Part shown: one piece after another, positions 1 through 9,552 of the stretch
Position numbering within the stretch: position 1 is the first letter of the stretch
Layout: each line of letters starts with the position of its first letter
Origin: an uncultured delta proteobacterium
GTDB lineage: Bacteria > Desulfobacterota > Binatia > Bin18
NCBI GenBank assembly: GCA_963733195.1
Contig: CAVTCR010000081.1
Coordinates: 128,001 to 192,000 of the forward strand
Length of the DNA: 64,000 nucleotides
Direction: 5' to 3'
Notes under the pieces: model-generated
Databases searched by the model: none
Told to the model about the DNA's origin: nothing
What the model saw: the letters and a program-made list of their open reading frames with translations, nothing else
Position numbers and translations under genes: made by a program

Positions 1-435
1 TACCTTCCGCCCAAACGGACCTCACTGCTCGGACGATTACAGCCAGGCCAGCGCACGCCATTTTTTTGTATCGAGAGTAAACGCAAAAACACCGGGTATC
101 GCATGTTGACCTGCTATCTGCGCTTGGTGGAGGCGCAGCCAATTGAACTTCCCTTTGCCGGCTTAGTCCGTTTGGAGGTGAATCCCTCGCAACGCGATGG
201 CTGCAATGTGTCGGAAGTGTTCGATCAAGCAGCCGTGAAGGTTCGTGCATTAGCGTCCCGAGCGCCGAAAGATCCACGCGCGCCGCAAAATCTGATTCCC
301 ATAGGCGGGCTGGAGCGACGGTTACGTCACCAGTTAGGGGACGCACAATTAGTGCTACGCGGCATTAGGCAGAAATTACGAATGATGCACCAAGACAGTG
401 GACTGACAATCCCGGTTGGTGGATTGGAGGAATAA
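1..435 (+). CDS. nurA: NurA-family 5'-3' nuclease, C-terminal part (5' truncated by window edge)
   Basis: Frame 1 is open from base 1 (YLPPKRTSLLGRLQPGQRTPFF...YLRL...DPRAPQNLIPIGGLERRLRHQLGD), matching bacterial NurA motifs; overlaps the herA start. Confidence 0.8.
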   Translation, partial: YLPPKRTSLLGRLQPGQRTPFFCIESKRKNTGYRMLTCYLRLVEAQPIELPFAGLVRLEVNPSQRDGCNVSEVFDQAAVKVRALASRAPKDPRAPQNLIPIGGLERRLRHQLGDAQLVLRGIRQKLRMMHQDSGLTIPVGGLEE

Positions 436-2144
436 TGGGAAAAGTCATCGGCACACAGGATGCAACCCCGCTAGAATTTTGGGTGTTGTTGGACGAGACC
501 GAACCCGTACAGCAAGACGAGATGATCGTGGTCGAGACCAATTCTCCGGTTGGTCCGGTGAAGTTGTTTGGCATGGTGGACATCATTCGTTCCCGACACC
601 AGGGCTCGACCTTTGATTCTGATGTGGTGGAAGCCGAGCGCGGGCTGCCCGTTGAACTTTCGATCGCCGCCCATGTGCGCGTGACCCGGCTTGATCCTGA
701 GTATTACTATCCGCCGCTGCCGGGTGATCAGGTCCGCGTGGTCAGTGGTGAAGAGTATGCCAAGGCGCTGTTCATGGACAAGATGGAACGGAAGTTCCCA
801 CTCGGGCTTGCGCTCTCGCGCAAAGAAGTGGTGTACGGTAATCTCGACTTCCTCAACGGCCGCAAAGGCGCGCATATCAACATTAGTGGCGTTTCTGGCA
901 TTGCTACGAAAACCACCTACACAACCTTTTTGTTGCACAGTTTGTTAAATTGTGGCGCATTCGATGACCCGGCCAATACGCACGCCATTATCTTCAACGT
1001 GAAGAATGAAGACCTGTTGTTTCTCGATAAACGCAACAACCAGTTAAGCCCTGGCGATATGGCGGAATATGAAATGATGGGATTGCCTGCCGAGGCATTT
1101 GACTCGGTGCAGTTCTACGTCCCACCAGTGGACAATGGCAACGGCCCGATCCAGCCACGTATTGGTGCACGCAAAGCGGATGAGGTGACGCCCTATTTCT
1201 GGACAGTGCGCAGTTTCTGTAGAGATCGCCTGCTGCGCTACTTGTTTACCGATGCGAGCGAGGACTCTTCTCTACTTTCGACCTTGGTGTATCAAGTTGA
1301 GCGGAAATTGAGTGAAGCTGCAGAAGAGGCAGAGAAAGTTGGACCTGGACCAGGCGTGTTTTTGTCCTTGGGAAAAAGAGGCAAAGGGAAGAGAGAAGAG
1401 GACGAAGAGGATGAGGTCCAACCACCACAAGAAATTCGAGATTTCCGTTCGCTGATTGGCGGGATTGAGACTATTGCCTCGTCCACCAATCAAGCTGCTG
1501 GCACCGTTGGTGCGTTCATGCGTCGGCTCTATGGCACTGAAGACAAGATGTCGTCGGTCATCCGTGACCCGAGCGATGCTGATCCCACGCGACACATGAT
1601 TAACTGGCGCGCGAAACAGGTCACGGTCGTGAGTCTGACTGGACTCTACGAAGTCGGCAAAGGTTTTGTGGTGGGGTCGGTGCTGCAGCAGATTCAAGAA
1701 GAGAAAGAAGCAACGGGTAAGGCAGAGCCACTGTGTTTTATTGTTGTCGATGAACTCAATCGTTACGCGCCACGTGATGGCTGGTCACCAATTCGTGAGC
1801 GGTTACTCGAAATTGCCGAACGCGGGCGTTCGAGCGGCACGATCTTGATTGGCGCGCAGCAAACGGCCTCAGAAGTCGAACGCCGCATCGTGGCGAATCC
1901 CGCATTTCGTATCGTCGGCCGCCTTGATGCAGCAGAGGCGGAGCGTGCGGAGTACGGGTTTTTACCACCGACTTTACGTCAGCGCGCAAAGATTCTCACG
2001 TCTGGACGGATGATCGTGTCACAGCCAGATATTCCGACTCCTGTTCCTGTTTGTTTTCCCATGCCTGCGTGGGCGACACGGGCGGAAGAGGTGGAGAGTC
2101 AGCCACCAAACTTAAAGTTAGCGAAGGTGAGACGCAGTTCATGA
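435..2144 (+). CDS. herA: HerA/FtsK-superfamily ATPase (HAS barrel + helicase)
   Basis: N-terminal IGTQDATPLEFWV barrel, variant Walker A HINISGVSGIATKTTY, Walker B IVVDELNRYAP, ERGRS arginine finger, IGAQQ. Confidence 0.88.
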   Translation: MGKVIGTQDATPLEFWVLLDETEPVQQDEMIVVETNSPVGPVKLFGMVDIIRSRHQGSTFDSDVVEAERGLPVELSIAAHVRVTRLDPEYYYPPLPGDQVRVVSGEEYAKALFMDKMERKFPLGLALSRKEVVYGNLDFLNGRKGAHINISGVSGIATKTTYTTFLLHSLLNCGAFDDPANTHAIIFNVKNEDLLFLDKRNNQLSPGDMAEYEMMGLPAEAFDSVQFYVPPVDNGNGPIQPRIGARKADEVTPYFWTVRSFCRDRLLRYLFTDASEDSSLLSTLVYQVERKLSEAAEEAEKVGPGPGVFLSLGKRGKGKREEDEEDEVQPPQEIRDFRSLIGGIETIASSTNQAAGTVGAFMRRLYGTEDKMSSVIRDPSDADPTRHMINWRAKQVTVVSLTGLYEVGKGFVVGSVLQQIQEEKEATGKAEPLCFIVVDELNRYAPRDGWSPIRERLLEIAERGRSSGTILIGAQQTASEVERRIVANPAFRIVGRLDAAEAERAEYGFLPPTLRQRAKILTSGRMIVSQPDIPTPVPVCFPMPAWATRAEEVESQPPNLKLAKVRRSS

Positions 2145-3322
2145 GATTCCTTCACACCTCCGACTGGCATGTCGGCCGCACGATTCGCAACCGTTCGCGA
2201 ATCGAGGAGCACCAGGCCGTGTTTGCCGAAATTATTGATATTGCCAAACACGAACAGGTCGATGCCGTACTTATTACTGGTGATGTTTTTCATGAACGTC
2301 GTCCGCCGCTTGAGGCTGAAGAACTGGTAGCGCAGACGTTAGCTGACCTCGCCCGTGCGCAGATTCCCTCGGTCATGATTCCTGGGAATCATGATGATCC
2401 CTATCGCTTGCGAACCCTCAAACCATTAGGCGACTTGGTCCAGGTCCACGTCGTTACGGACTTTAATGGTGATGTCTCGTCGCTAGTCGTACCAATCCAC
2501 TCTCGCGATGGCAAAGAAAAAGCACTGGTTGGTTGCCTACCATACTTATCGCCTCACTCGGTGTTAACCGCAGCAGAAGGTGTCGGAGCCTCAGAGGATG
2601 TTCGTCTTGCCACCTATCAGAGCAAAGTGCAGGATTATTTTCGTGCCTTGGAAGAGGCCATGAAACGGCAAGATCGTAATGCTGTGACCATAGTCCTTGC
2701 TCATGCGCATCTTGCTGAGTGTGAATTCGGTGGCGGTGAGTGGCGGTCGAGTGTCTATCCGGTCAGTGCTCGGTTTCTTCCAGCGCATGTACAATATGTC
2801 GCATTAGGGCACATGCATAAACCGCAAGTGATTCCTGGTGCCAGTGCACAGGCACGCTATGCGGGTTCGATCTTGCAGATGGACTTCGGTGAACGAGATC
2901 AAAAGAAGAGCGTCTGCCTTATTGAGGCGCATCCTAACAAACCAGCAACGGTTACTCCCATTGAACTGAGTGCTGGTAAATGGCTTCTCCGCCGCACTGG
3001 CACTGCCGAAGCGATTCTCGCACAAGCAAATGAGTTCAGCGATGCGTGGGTGGAGGTCGTACTCCAGCCTGACAAGCATACATTCGAACTTGCGGAACAG
3101 GTGCGAACCTTGCCTGGTGTTATTGCTATGCGCTTTGAGGAGGTGCAAGCCACGAGCGTGGGAAACGGAGAAGCAGGGAAACGGGGAAACGGTAACAAGC
3201 CAGCAGCCGAACTCTTTGCTGAATACTACAAAACCAAACGCAAAGCTGACCCCGATCCGCAGTTAATGGCATTGTTTGACCGACTGTATCAAGAGGAAAG
3301 CACGGCGAAGGATGAGGCATAA
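2141..3322 (+). CDS. sbcD: SbcD/Mre11 metallophosphoesterase nuclease
   Basis: MRFLHTSDWHVG, TGDVFH, GNHD, HAH, ALGHMH, YAGS motifs; ATGA overlap with herA stop at 2141-2144. Confidence 0.95.
   Translation: MRFLHTSDWHVGRTIRNRSRIEEHQAVFAEIIDIAKHEQVDAVLITGDVFHERRPPLEAEELVAQTLADLARAQIPSVMIPGNHDDPYRLRTLKPLGDLVQVHVVTDFNGDVSSLVVPIHSRDGKEKALVGCLPYLSPHSVLTAAEGVGASEDVRLATYQSKVQDYFRALEEAMKRQDRNAVTIVLAHAHLAECEFGGGEWRSSVYPVSARFLPAHVQYVALGHMHKPQVIPGASAQARYAGSILQMDFGERDQKKSVCLIEAHPNKPATVTPIELSAGKWLLRRTGTAEAILAQANEFSDAWVEVVLQPDKHTFELAEQVRTLPGVIAMRFEEVQATSVGNGEAGKRGNGNKPAAELFAEYYKTKRKADPDPQLMALFDRLYQEESTAKDEA
3160..3195 (+). repeat. Octamer array inside sbcD
   Basis: gggaaacg gagaagca gggaaacg gggaaacg gtaa, translated as GNGEAGKRGNGN. 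Confidence 0.6.
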
Positions 3323-3351
3323 TGCGTGAAACGTAATGCGTAAAGCGTAAA
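3320..3351 (+). repeat. Heptamer array starting at the sbcD stop
   Basis: taatgcg tgaaacg taatgcg taaagcg taaa. Confidence 0.8.
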
Positions 3352-3391
3352 AATTTGCTGCCCTTTTATTATCCAACCTCCCAAACCACAT

Positions 3392-6300
3392 ATGCGCCCA
3401 CAAAAACTTACACTCAAAAACTTCATGCCTTTTCGAACCGCCAGTGGCGAAGAGCATGTCGTCGATTTTTCTAATCTCGATCTCTTTGCTATCACCGGCC
3501 CGATGGCAAGTGGGAAGTCTTCCCTGATCGATGCCATTGTTTGGTGTTTGTACGGACGTACTGCTCGTTATGGTGCAGATTCCAAAGGTGTGATCTCTGC
3601 CGGGGAAGGGCTGTGTGAAGTCGCGTTCGATTTTACTGTCGGTGATCGGTGGTTTCGTGCGGTGCGACGCACCGGTAAAACGACGGAATCCGGATTGAGT
3701 GAACGTGAAGGCGAAGAATGGATTCAGGACGAATCAGGGTCAGAGCGGCTCACTGCACGCGTCGAAGAGCTGTTGGGTATCGATTTTGATGGCTTCACCA
3801 AAACGGTCATTTTACCTCAAGGTCGATATGCCGAGTTCTTGAGCAGCAAGCCAAGTGACCGTCGTGAATTATTGGCCAGTATTCTTGAACTCGGTGTTTA
3901 TACTCGCGTGTCTGAGCGTGCGCGAGAAGTCGCTGGACAAGCAAAAGCACGGTCTGACGCTCTACGTGAAACGCTCTCTCAATATACTGGTGTTAGTCGC
4001 GAGCGACTTGAACAGCAACGGCAGGACCTTGTGACGCTTGAACGACAACTGGCAGAAACGACCAACCGAGAAGCTGTCTTTCAGACATTAATGCAAAATG
4101 TAGATGGCCTGACGATACTCATCCGCCGTGAGGCAGAACTGCGCACCGAAGAGCAAACGCGCACGAACGAAAGAACGCAAGCGGTACGAACGCTCACAGA
4201 AGCAGAAGCGCAACTCCAGTCACTTACCCAGAAGCTCGCACAGATTACGACAAATCGCGATGCGCTTGGCTATGACGCCACCCGCCATGACATTCTTCGA
4301 CGGGCGGTGGGACATCTGCGCGAGTATCACTCGGCGCGACACGAAGCTGAGCGTAAACAACAAGAATTAGGGTCGCTTCAGAAAGACATTGATGCGCTTG
4401 CCCAACGCCTCGTGATAAAAGAACAAGAAGTGACTACCATGCAACAGGAGTATCACGTCCATGCGACTGCTCTACAGGCAGAGATTACGCAGGGTGGCGA
4501 CATTGCCGTCTTGACAGAGAAGTTGTCACAGGCAACGCAGTGGAAAAAATTGCAACACGAGCAACACCGACTGCAGGCACAACACCAAAAGCAAGGTGAG
4601 AAGTTGGCCCAGGTTCAGCAGTCGCTCACTCAGTGCGTTCAACGGGAAGAAGCAAAAGACCAGGGGCTCCGCGCATTACAGCAACAGCGTGAGCGATTAC
4701 GTGAAGAAGAACAAGAAAAAGCGCGCTTAGAGGACGAAGCAAAAGCGCTTGGGAAAGAGTTGCAAGAGGCAGTCCGTGAAGAAAAACGACTCACCAAAGA
4801 ATGTGAAGATGCGCGTGCTGCTGTACTTATTGCAGAGCAAGAACTACAGCAGCAGCAGGACACCCTTACGCGGGCCGAGCAACATGAGAAAGACGCGCTC
4901 CGCGGGTTGGAGGAGACACGTCGCCAATACGAAGTCGAACATTTGCGTGCCTCGTTGCATGTCGGTGAGGCATGTCCTGTTTGTGAAGTAAAGGTGCAAC
5001 GCGTACCAGAAGTGTCCGAGTTAGCGATGGGAGATCTTGCAACCCTCCAACGGTCAGTGGACACCTCCAAAGCTACGGCACAGAGCGTACGTCAGGCGTT
5101 GCAAAAAGCCCACGCGACTGTCGCTGCCGCGACGACCAAGAAAGAGTCTGCGGAGCAAGAGTTGACTGTACGCGAACAGAAACGACGCGAAGCGCAGGAA
5201 CGATTTGTCAGTCGGTTTCCTGGATTTGCATCACTTGCTACTGCGCTCAGCGGTGTGCAACAACAGCGACAAGCTTTGGCAACTGCAGTCAAAGAGGCTG
5301 AAGCAAAAGCTCAAGTGACGGAAAAAGAAAAACTTGCTTTAACCCGGCAACGAGAACAGGAACAAAAGGAAGAGGCAACTCTGCAGGAAGCTATACGCAG
5401 TCTGACGGCGCAACTGGAAACGAACACCGCTCACATTGCCGAGCTTACTCAAGCACTCGCTGCATTCATCAAGACTGGTGAGGATCCGGAGTCCACGCTG
5501 ACCGCACGACGGCAACGGCTCGCGCAGCTTGAACAACAAGTGAAAGCGGCAGAGCAACAGCAGCGTGCGCTGGAATCGGCAATGGCAACAGAAAAGACCA
5601 ACAAAGTGCAAAAGGAAGGGACTGCTGGTATTCTAGCTTCTCAGCTAGAGGCGGCTGAACAACACGCACACCGTGAGGCGCACGCAGTGCGCGAAAATCT
5701 CACTCTTCCTGTTGACGCGATTTTGCCGGAACTGGCCACGCTCGATGGCGAACTGACTGGACTGACACAGAAACAACAACAGCATGCGGTTTTCCAGCAG
5801 CAAGAAAAAGCGCTGCTGGACGAACAAGGAAAACAGGACCGTCTCGTGACGAGGCTCCGTGCTGATTTGCAAGCCCGAGAGCGTGCATTAGCAGAAACAC
5901 AGCAAAGTGTTACGAAATGTGAGCAAGAACGGATACAAGCGCAGCAGGATTTGCGGACGGAAGTGCAAAAGGCTGGTTTGTCGGATATCGGTGAAGACGG
6001 ACAAGGGTTGAAAGAACAGCTTGCGAGCATTCATGCACAAGGAATCTCCATCCGTGAACGTCGCAGCCGATTAGAAGCTGAGATGTCCGAACTCGAACGG
6101 CGATGTACAGAAAAGGGACAGGAAGAAGAAAAACTGCGCGCCGCAGATACCGAAGGTCAGTTGGCGACCGACCTGCACAAGCTGTTGGGGTCAGAGTTTA
6201 CCGACTTCCTGTCACAAGAAGCAGTAGAAGCGTTGATGCGTGATGCGACCCTGCATCTACAACGACTCACGCATGGTCGTTACTCTTTTAACATCGCCTA

Positions 6301-6676
6301 TAAACGCCGGGCGATTGAGCTGCTAATCATCGATCATGAAGACAACAAGCGCGAGCGACCGACGCATTCACTCTCGGGCGGAGAAACGTTCCTAGCCTCG
6401 TTAGCGATAGCGCTGGCGCTCTCACAAGGCTTCCGTGAACTCGCCACCGGCAAAGCTGCCCGCACTTCGACCGAATGCCTCATTCTGGACGAAGGTTTTG
6501 GGACGCTCGATCGTGAAGGCGTACAACTTGTGACTGAAACGCTGCAAGAGTTGCGTGGCGAAGAAGGCCGCATGGTCGGCATTATTACCCACGTCGAGGA
6601 AGTTGCCGCTGCTATGCCCATGCGTATCGAAGTGCGGAAGGGAAATCGCAGTAGTGTGATTGCGGTGACCGGGTAG
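3392..6676 (+). CDS. sbcC: SbcC/Rad50 SMC-like ATPase
   Basis: Walker A GPMASGKSS, LPQG Q-loop, long coiled coil with CPVC zinc hook, LSGGE signature, ILDEGFGTLD, IITH. Confidence 0.95.
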   Translation: MRPQKLTLKNFMPFRTASGEEHVVDFSNLDLFAITGPMASGKSSLIDAIVWCLYGRTARYGADSKGVISAGEGLCEVAFDFTVGDRWFRAVRRTGKTTESGLSEREGEEWIQDESGSERLTARVEELLGIDFDGFTKTVILPQGRYAEFLSSKPSDRRELLASILELGVYTRVSERAREVAGQAKARSDALRETLSQYTGVSRERLEQQRQDLVTLERQLAETTNREAVFQTLMQNVDGLTILIRREAELRTEEQTRTNERTQAVRTLTEAEAQLQSLTQKLAQITTNRDALGYDATRHDILRRAVGHLREYHSARHEAERKQQELGSLQKDIDALAQRLVIKEQEVTTMQQEYHVHATALQAEITQGGDIAVLTEKLSQATQWKKLQHEQHRLQAQHQKQGEKLAQVQQSLTQCVQREEAKDQGLRALQQQRERLREEEQEKARLEDEAKALGKELQEAVREEKRLTKECEDARAAVLIAEQELQQQQDTLTRAEQHEKDALRGLEETRRQYEVEHLRASLHVGEACPVCEVKVQRVPEVSELAMGDLATLQRSVDTSKATAQSVRQALQKAHATVAAATTKKESAEQELTVREQKRREAQERFVSRFPGFASLATALSGVQQQRQALATAVKEAEAKAQVTEKEKLALTRQREQEQKEEATLQEAIRSLTAQLETNTAHIAELTQALAAFIKTGEDPESTLTARRQRLAQLEQQVKAAEQQQRALESAMATEKTNKVQKEGTAGILASQLEAAEQHAHREAHAVRENLTLPVDAILPELATLDGELTGLTQKQQQHAVFQQQEKALLDEQGKQDRLVTRLRADLQARERALAETQQSVTKCEQERIQAQQDLRTEVQKAGLSDIGEDGQGLKEQLASIHAQGISIRERRSRLEAEMSELERRCTEKGQEEEKLRAADTEGQLATDLHKLLGSEFTDFLSQEAVEALMRDATLHLQRLTHGRYSFNIAYKRRAIELLIIDHEDNKRERPTHSLSGGETFLASLAIALALSQGFRELATGKAARTSTECLILDEGFGTLDREGVQLVTETLQELRGEEGRMVGIITHVEEVAAAMPMRIEVRKGNRSSVIAVTG

Positions 6677-6712
6677 CGATACTTTCCGTGGTGCTCCTTC
6701 GGTATAGTCACG

Positions 6713-7003
6713 ATGTGGTTAAAAAAGCTTATCGTGAAAGATTTTATCGAAGAGAAATTATGGGAGAAACATCAGGTTACTCGCGGCGAAGTAGAAGAAT
6801 GTCTGGTTAATCGTCGAAGTATACGACTTCGGCATAAACGAAATCCTGTTAGACTTATTGTTCTTGGAGTGACGCAGGGCGGAAGACTTTTGAAAATTAT
6901 CCTAGAATTTCAAGGACGGGGGCAGTACTTTCTTGTAACTGCCATGAACATGGAACCTGAAGAAAGAAAGCAGTATGGGAAAAAAGTTAAAGGGCATTCC
7001 TAA
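6713..7003 (+). CDS. BrnT-like type II toxin
   Basis: 96 aa with KHQVTRGEVEE, LGVTQGGRLLKII, VTAMNM...ERKQY pattern of the BrnT/DUF497-like fold. Confidence 0.7.
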   Translation: MWLKKLIVKDFIEEKLWEKHQVTRGEVEECLVNRRSIRLRHKRNPVRLIVLGVTQGGRLLKIILEFQGRGQYFLVTAMNMEPEERKQYGKKVKGHS

Positions 7004-7178
7004 ATTTGCTTCTTGGGAAGAAGAAGATGAATTTTGGTCCACCCATAGTGTAACCGAGCTCGACTTAGAAGAAGACCCAACCCCCCTTATTGTCGAGTCA
7101 GGAGCATTGCGTACAGTAAAGATCATTACCGTCCCGAACCCTCGTGCGGTGCGCGTATGGAAAAGAAAAGCGGCATAA
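6975..7178 (+). CDS. BrnA/CopG-type antitoxin
   Basis: IPKFASWEEEDEFWSTH motif typical of BrnT-partner antitoxins; overlaps the toxin. Confidence 0.65.
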   Translation: MGKKLKGIPKFASWEEEDEFWSTHSVTELDLEEDPTPLIVESGALRTVKIITVPNPRAVRVWKRKAA

Positions 7179-7345
7179 TCGTGACCCGCGAAGGGCTTTT
7201 TATTCCTGCCCGTTACTTTGAGCAGATGGCTCAGCAGCTTGAAATAGTCCTTGCTGCCGAAGAGATAAAAATACGATCGTCAGCGAAGAAAGAATCGGCA
7301 ACCCGAAGACGGGAGGTCAAGCGAAAACCCGCCAAGGCGAACTGA
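7157..7345 (+). CDS. Small hypothetical protein, possibly AbrB/MazE-like
   Basis: Overlaps the antitoxin; IVTREGLFIP..helix..LEIVL...IKIR resembles a swapped-hairpin pattern. Confidence 0.35.
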   Translation: MEKKSGIIVTREGLFIPARYFEQMAQQLEIVLAAEEIKIRSSAKKESATRRREVKRKPAKAN

Positions 7346-7357
7346 TCAGCGTTGTAT

Positions 7358-7423
7358 GAGAGATTCTTCGCTTCGCTTAGAATGATAACGCCAGACGGCT
7401 CTGGTTATTTGGAGAGATTCTTC
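7358..7423. repeat. REP-like element (GAGAGATTCTTCG...AGAATGA family), one full and one partial copy
   Basis: gagagattcttcgcttcgcttagaatga at 7358 and gagagattcttcg at 7412; same family as 63364-63398. Confidence 0.6.
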
Positions 7424-7560
7424 GAGCATCTGCAGAGCCTCTCCTCCGGGCGAACACATAGAAATGGGTGTTTCCTTGCACAGATCACTGCACTCCACTT
7501 AAACTCCAGACAAACGATGTGAGCCACTAAGGGTGTGACGAATCGAGGGGAACGAGACGG

Positions 7561-9552
7561 ATGGAATCAACACAACTGAATTGGATCGTCAATTTCATCT
7601 GGGGTATTGCCGACGATGTGCTCCGTGATCTCTACGTGCGTGGCAAGTACCGTGATGTCATCCTGCCGATGATCGTGCTGCGCCGCTTGGATGCCGAGCT
7701 TGAACCGACGAAACAGGCAGTGCTGGACATGAAGGCGTCGCTTGATACCGCTGGCATCACCAACCAGGATATGCCGCTACGACAAGCGTCGGGGAAAGCA
7801 TTTTATAATACCTCGAAGTTTACGCTGCGTGACCTTCGTTCTCGCGCCAGTCAACAACAGCTTAGGGCCGACTTCGAGGCGTATCTCGACGGCTTCTCGC
7901 CCAACGTGCAGGAGATCCTCGATAACTTCGAGTTCCGTAATCAAATCCCGCGCCTCTCTAGAGCCGATGCGCTTGGCACGCTGATTGAGAAATTTCTTGA
8001 TCCTTCGATCAATCTGAGTCCTACCCCCGTTCTGAATGGCGATGGTTCCATGAAACAGCCTGGACTCGATAATCATGCGATGGGAACGATCTTTGAGGAG
8101 TTGGTCCGTCGCTTCAACGAAGAGAACAACGAAGAGGCAGGTGAGCACTGGACTCCGCGCGACGCTGTCAAGCTGATGGCGAAACTCATCTTCCTGCCGA
8201 TCGCCGAGCAGATCGAGTCAGGTTCTTATCTTCTCTATGACGGAGCCTGCGGCACTGGCGGGATGCTGACCGTGGCCGAGGAAACGTTGCAGCAGCTTGC
8301 GAAAGACCACGGCAAGCAGGTGACGACACATCTGTACGGCCAAGAAATCAACGCCGAAACCTACGCGATTTGCAAGGCGGACCTCTTGCTCAAAGGGGAA
8401 GGCGAAGCGGCGGACAACATCATCGGCGGGCCGGAACACTCGACCCTCGCGAATGACGCTTTTCGCTCATTGGAGTTTGACTTCATGCTCTCTAACCCAC
8501 CCTACGGCAAGAGCTGGAAAAGCGATCTGGAACGCATGGGTGGGAAGGATGGCATCAAGGACCCGCGCTTCGTGATTGAGCACGCAGGCGATCCGGAGTT
8601 CTCGCTGGTGACGCGCTCCAGTGACGGGCAATTGCTCTTTCTGGTCAATCTCCTCTCGAAGATGAAGACCAACACGCCGCTGGGGAGCCGCATCGCCGAG
8701 GTGCACAATGGCTCGTCATTGTTTACGGGCGACGCAGGGCAAGGTGAGAGCAACATCCGCCGTTGGATTATCGAGAATGACTGGCTCGAAGCGATCGTCG
8801 CGCTGCCGCTCAACATGTTCTACAACACCGGGATTGCGACCTACGTTTGGGTAGTCACCAATCGCAAGCCCGAGCATCGGCGCGGCAAAGTGCAGCTCAT
8901 CGACGCGACGCAATGGTACAAGCCGCTGCGCAAGAATCTGGGCAAGAAGAACTGCGAGTTGTCCGAGGAGGACATCCAACGTATCTGTGAGACCTTCCTC
9001 GCGTTCAAGGAAACTGAGCAGTCGAAGATCTTTCCCAACGCCGCCTTTGGTTATTGGAAGGTGACGGTTGAGCGGCCGCTACGTATTCGGGGCAGCAACC
9101 ATAATCGGGTCTACACGCCCAAAGAGATCAAAGCTCTCAAGGTTGACGGCCAGGTAGATGAAACCGCTCCGCCCATCATCAAGAAAATCCACAAACCTGG
9201 CAAGGCAGAAGCAGACTCGCTCCGTGGGCGGTATGAAGGAGTTATGGATGGAAAACCTTGTATCGTCGAATACGAGCCTGATCCAGAGTTACGTGACACT
9301 GAGCAGGTACCATTGCTGGAAGAAGGCGGCATCAAGGCATTCATTCGCCGTGAGGTGTTGCCCTATGCTCCCGACGCGTGGATCGACGAATCCGCCACAA
9401 AGATCGGCTACGAGATCTCCTTCACGCGCTACTTCTATAAACCGCAACCTTTGCGGACGTTAGAGGAAATCCGGGCCGACATCAAGGCGCTAGAGCAGGA
9501 AACCGAAGGATTGCTCGGGCAGATTCTGGTGGAGACGGAGGGGATGTCATGA
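7561..9552 (+). CDS. hsdM: Type I restriction-modification N6-adenine methyltransferase
   Basis: FIWGIADDVLR, GEHWTPRD, YDGACGTGGML, NPPYG, MFYNTGI. Confidence 0.95.
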   Translation: MESTQLNWIVNFIWGIADDVLRDLYVRGKYRDVILPMIVLRRLDAELEPTKQAVLDMKASLDTAGITNQDMPLRQASGKAFYNTSKFTLRDLRSRASQQQLRADFEAYLDGFSPNVQEILDNFEFRNQIPRLSRADALGTLIEKFLDPSINLSPTPVLNGDGSMKQPGLDNHAMGTIFEELVRRFNEENNEEAGEHWTPRDAVKLMAKLIFLPIAEQIESGSYLLYDGACGTGGMLTVAEETLQQLAKDHGKQVTTHLYGQEINAETYAICKADLLLKGEGEAADNIIGGPEHSTLANDAFRSLEFDFMLSNPPYGKSWKSDLERMGGKDGIKDPRFVIEHAGDPEFSLVTRSSDGQLLFLVNLLSKMKTNTPLGSRIAEVHNGSSLFTGDAGQGESNIRRWIIENDWLEAIVALPLNMFYNTGIATYVWVVTNRKPEHRRGKVQLIDATQWYKPLRKNLGKKNCELSEEDIQRICETFLAFKETEQSKIFPNAAFGYWKVTVERPLRIRGSNHNRVYTPKEIKALKVDGQVDETAPPIIKKIHKPGKAEADSLRGRYEGVMDGKPCIVEYEPDPELRDTEQVPLLEEGGIKAFIRREVLPYAPDAWIDESATKIGYEISFTRYFYKPQPLRTLEEIRADIKALEQETEGLLGQILVETEGMS

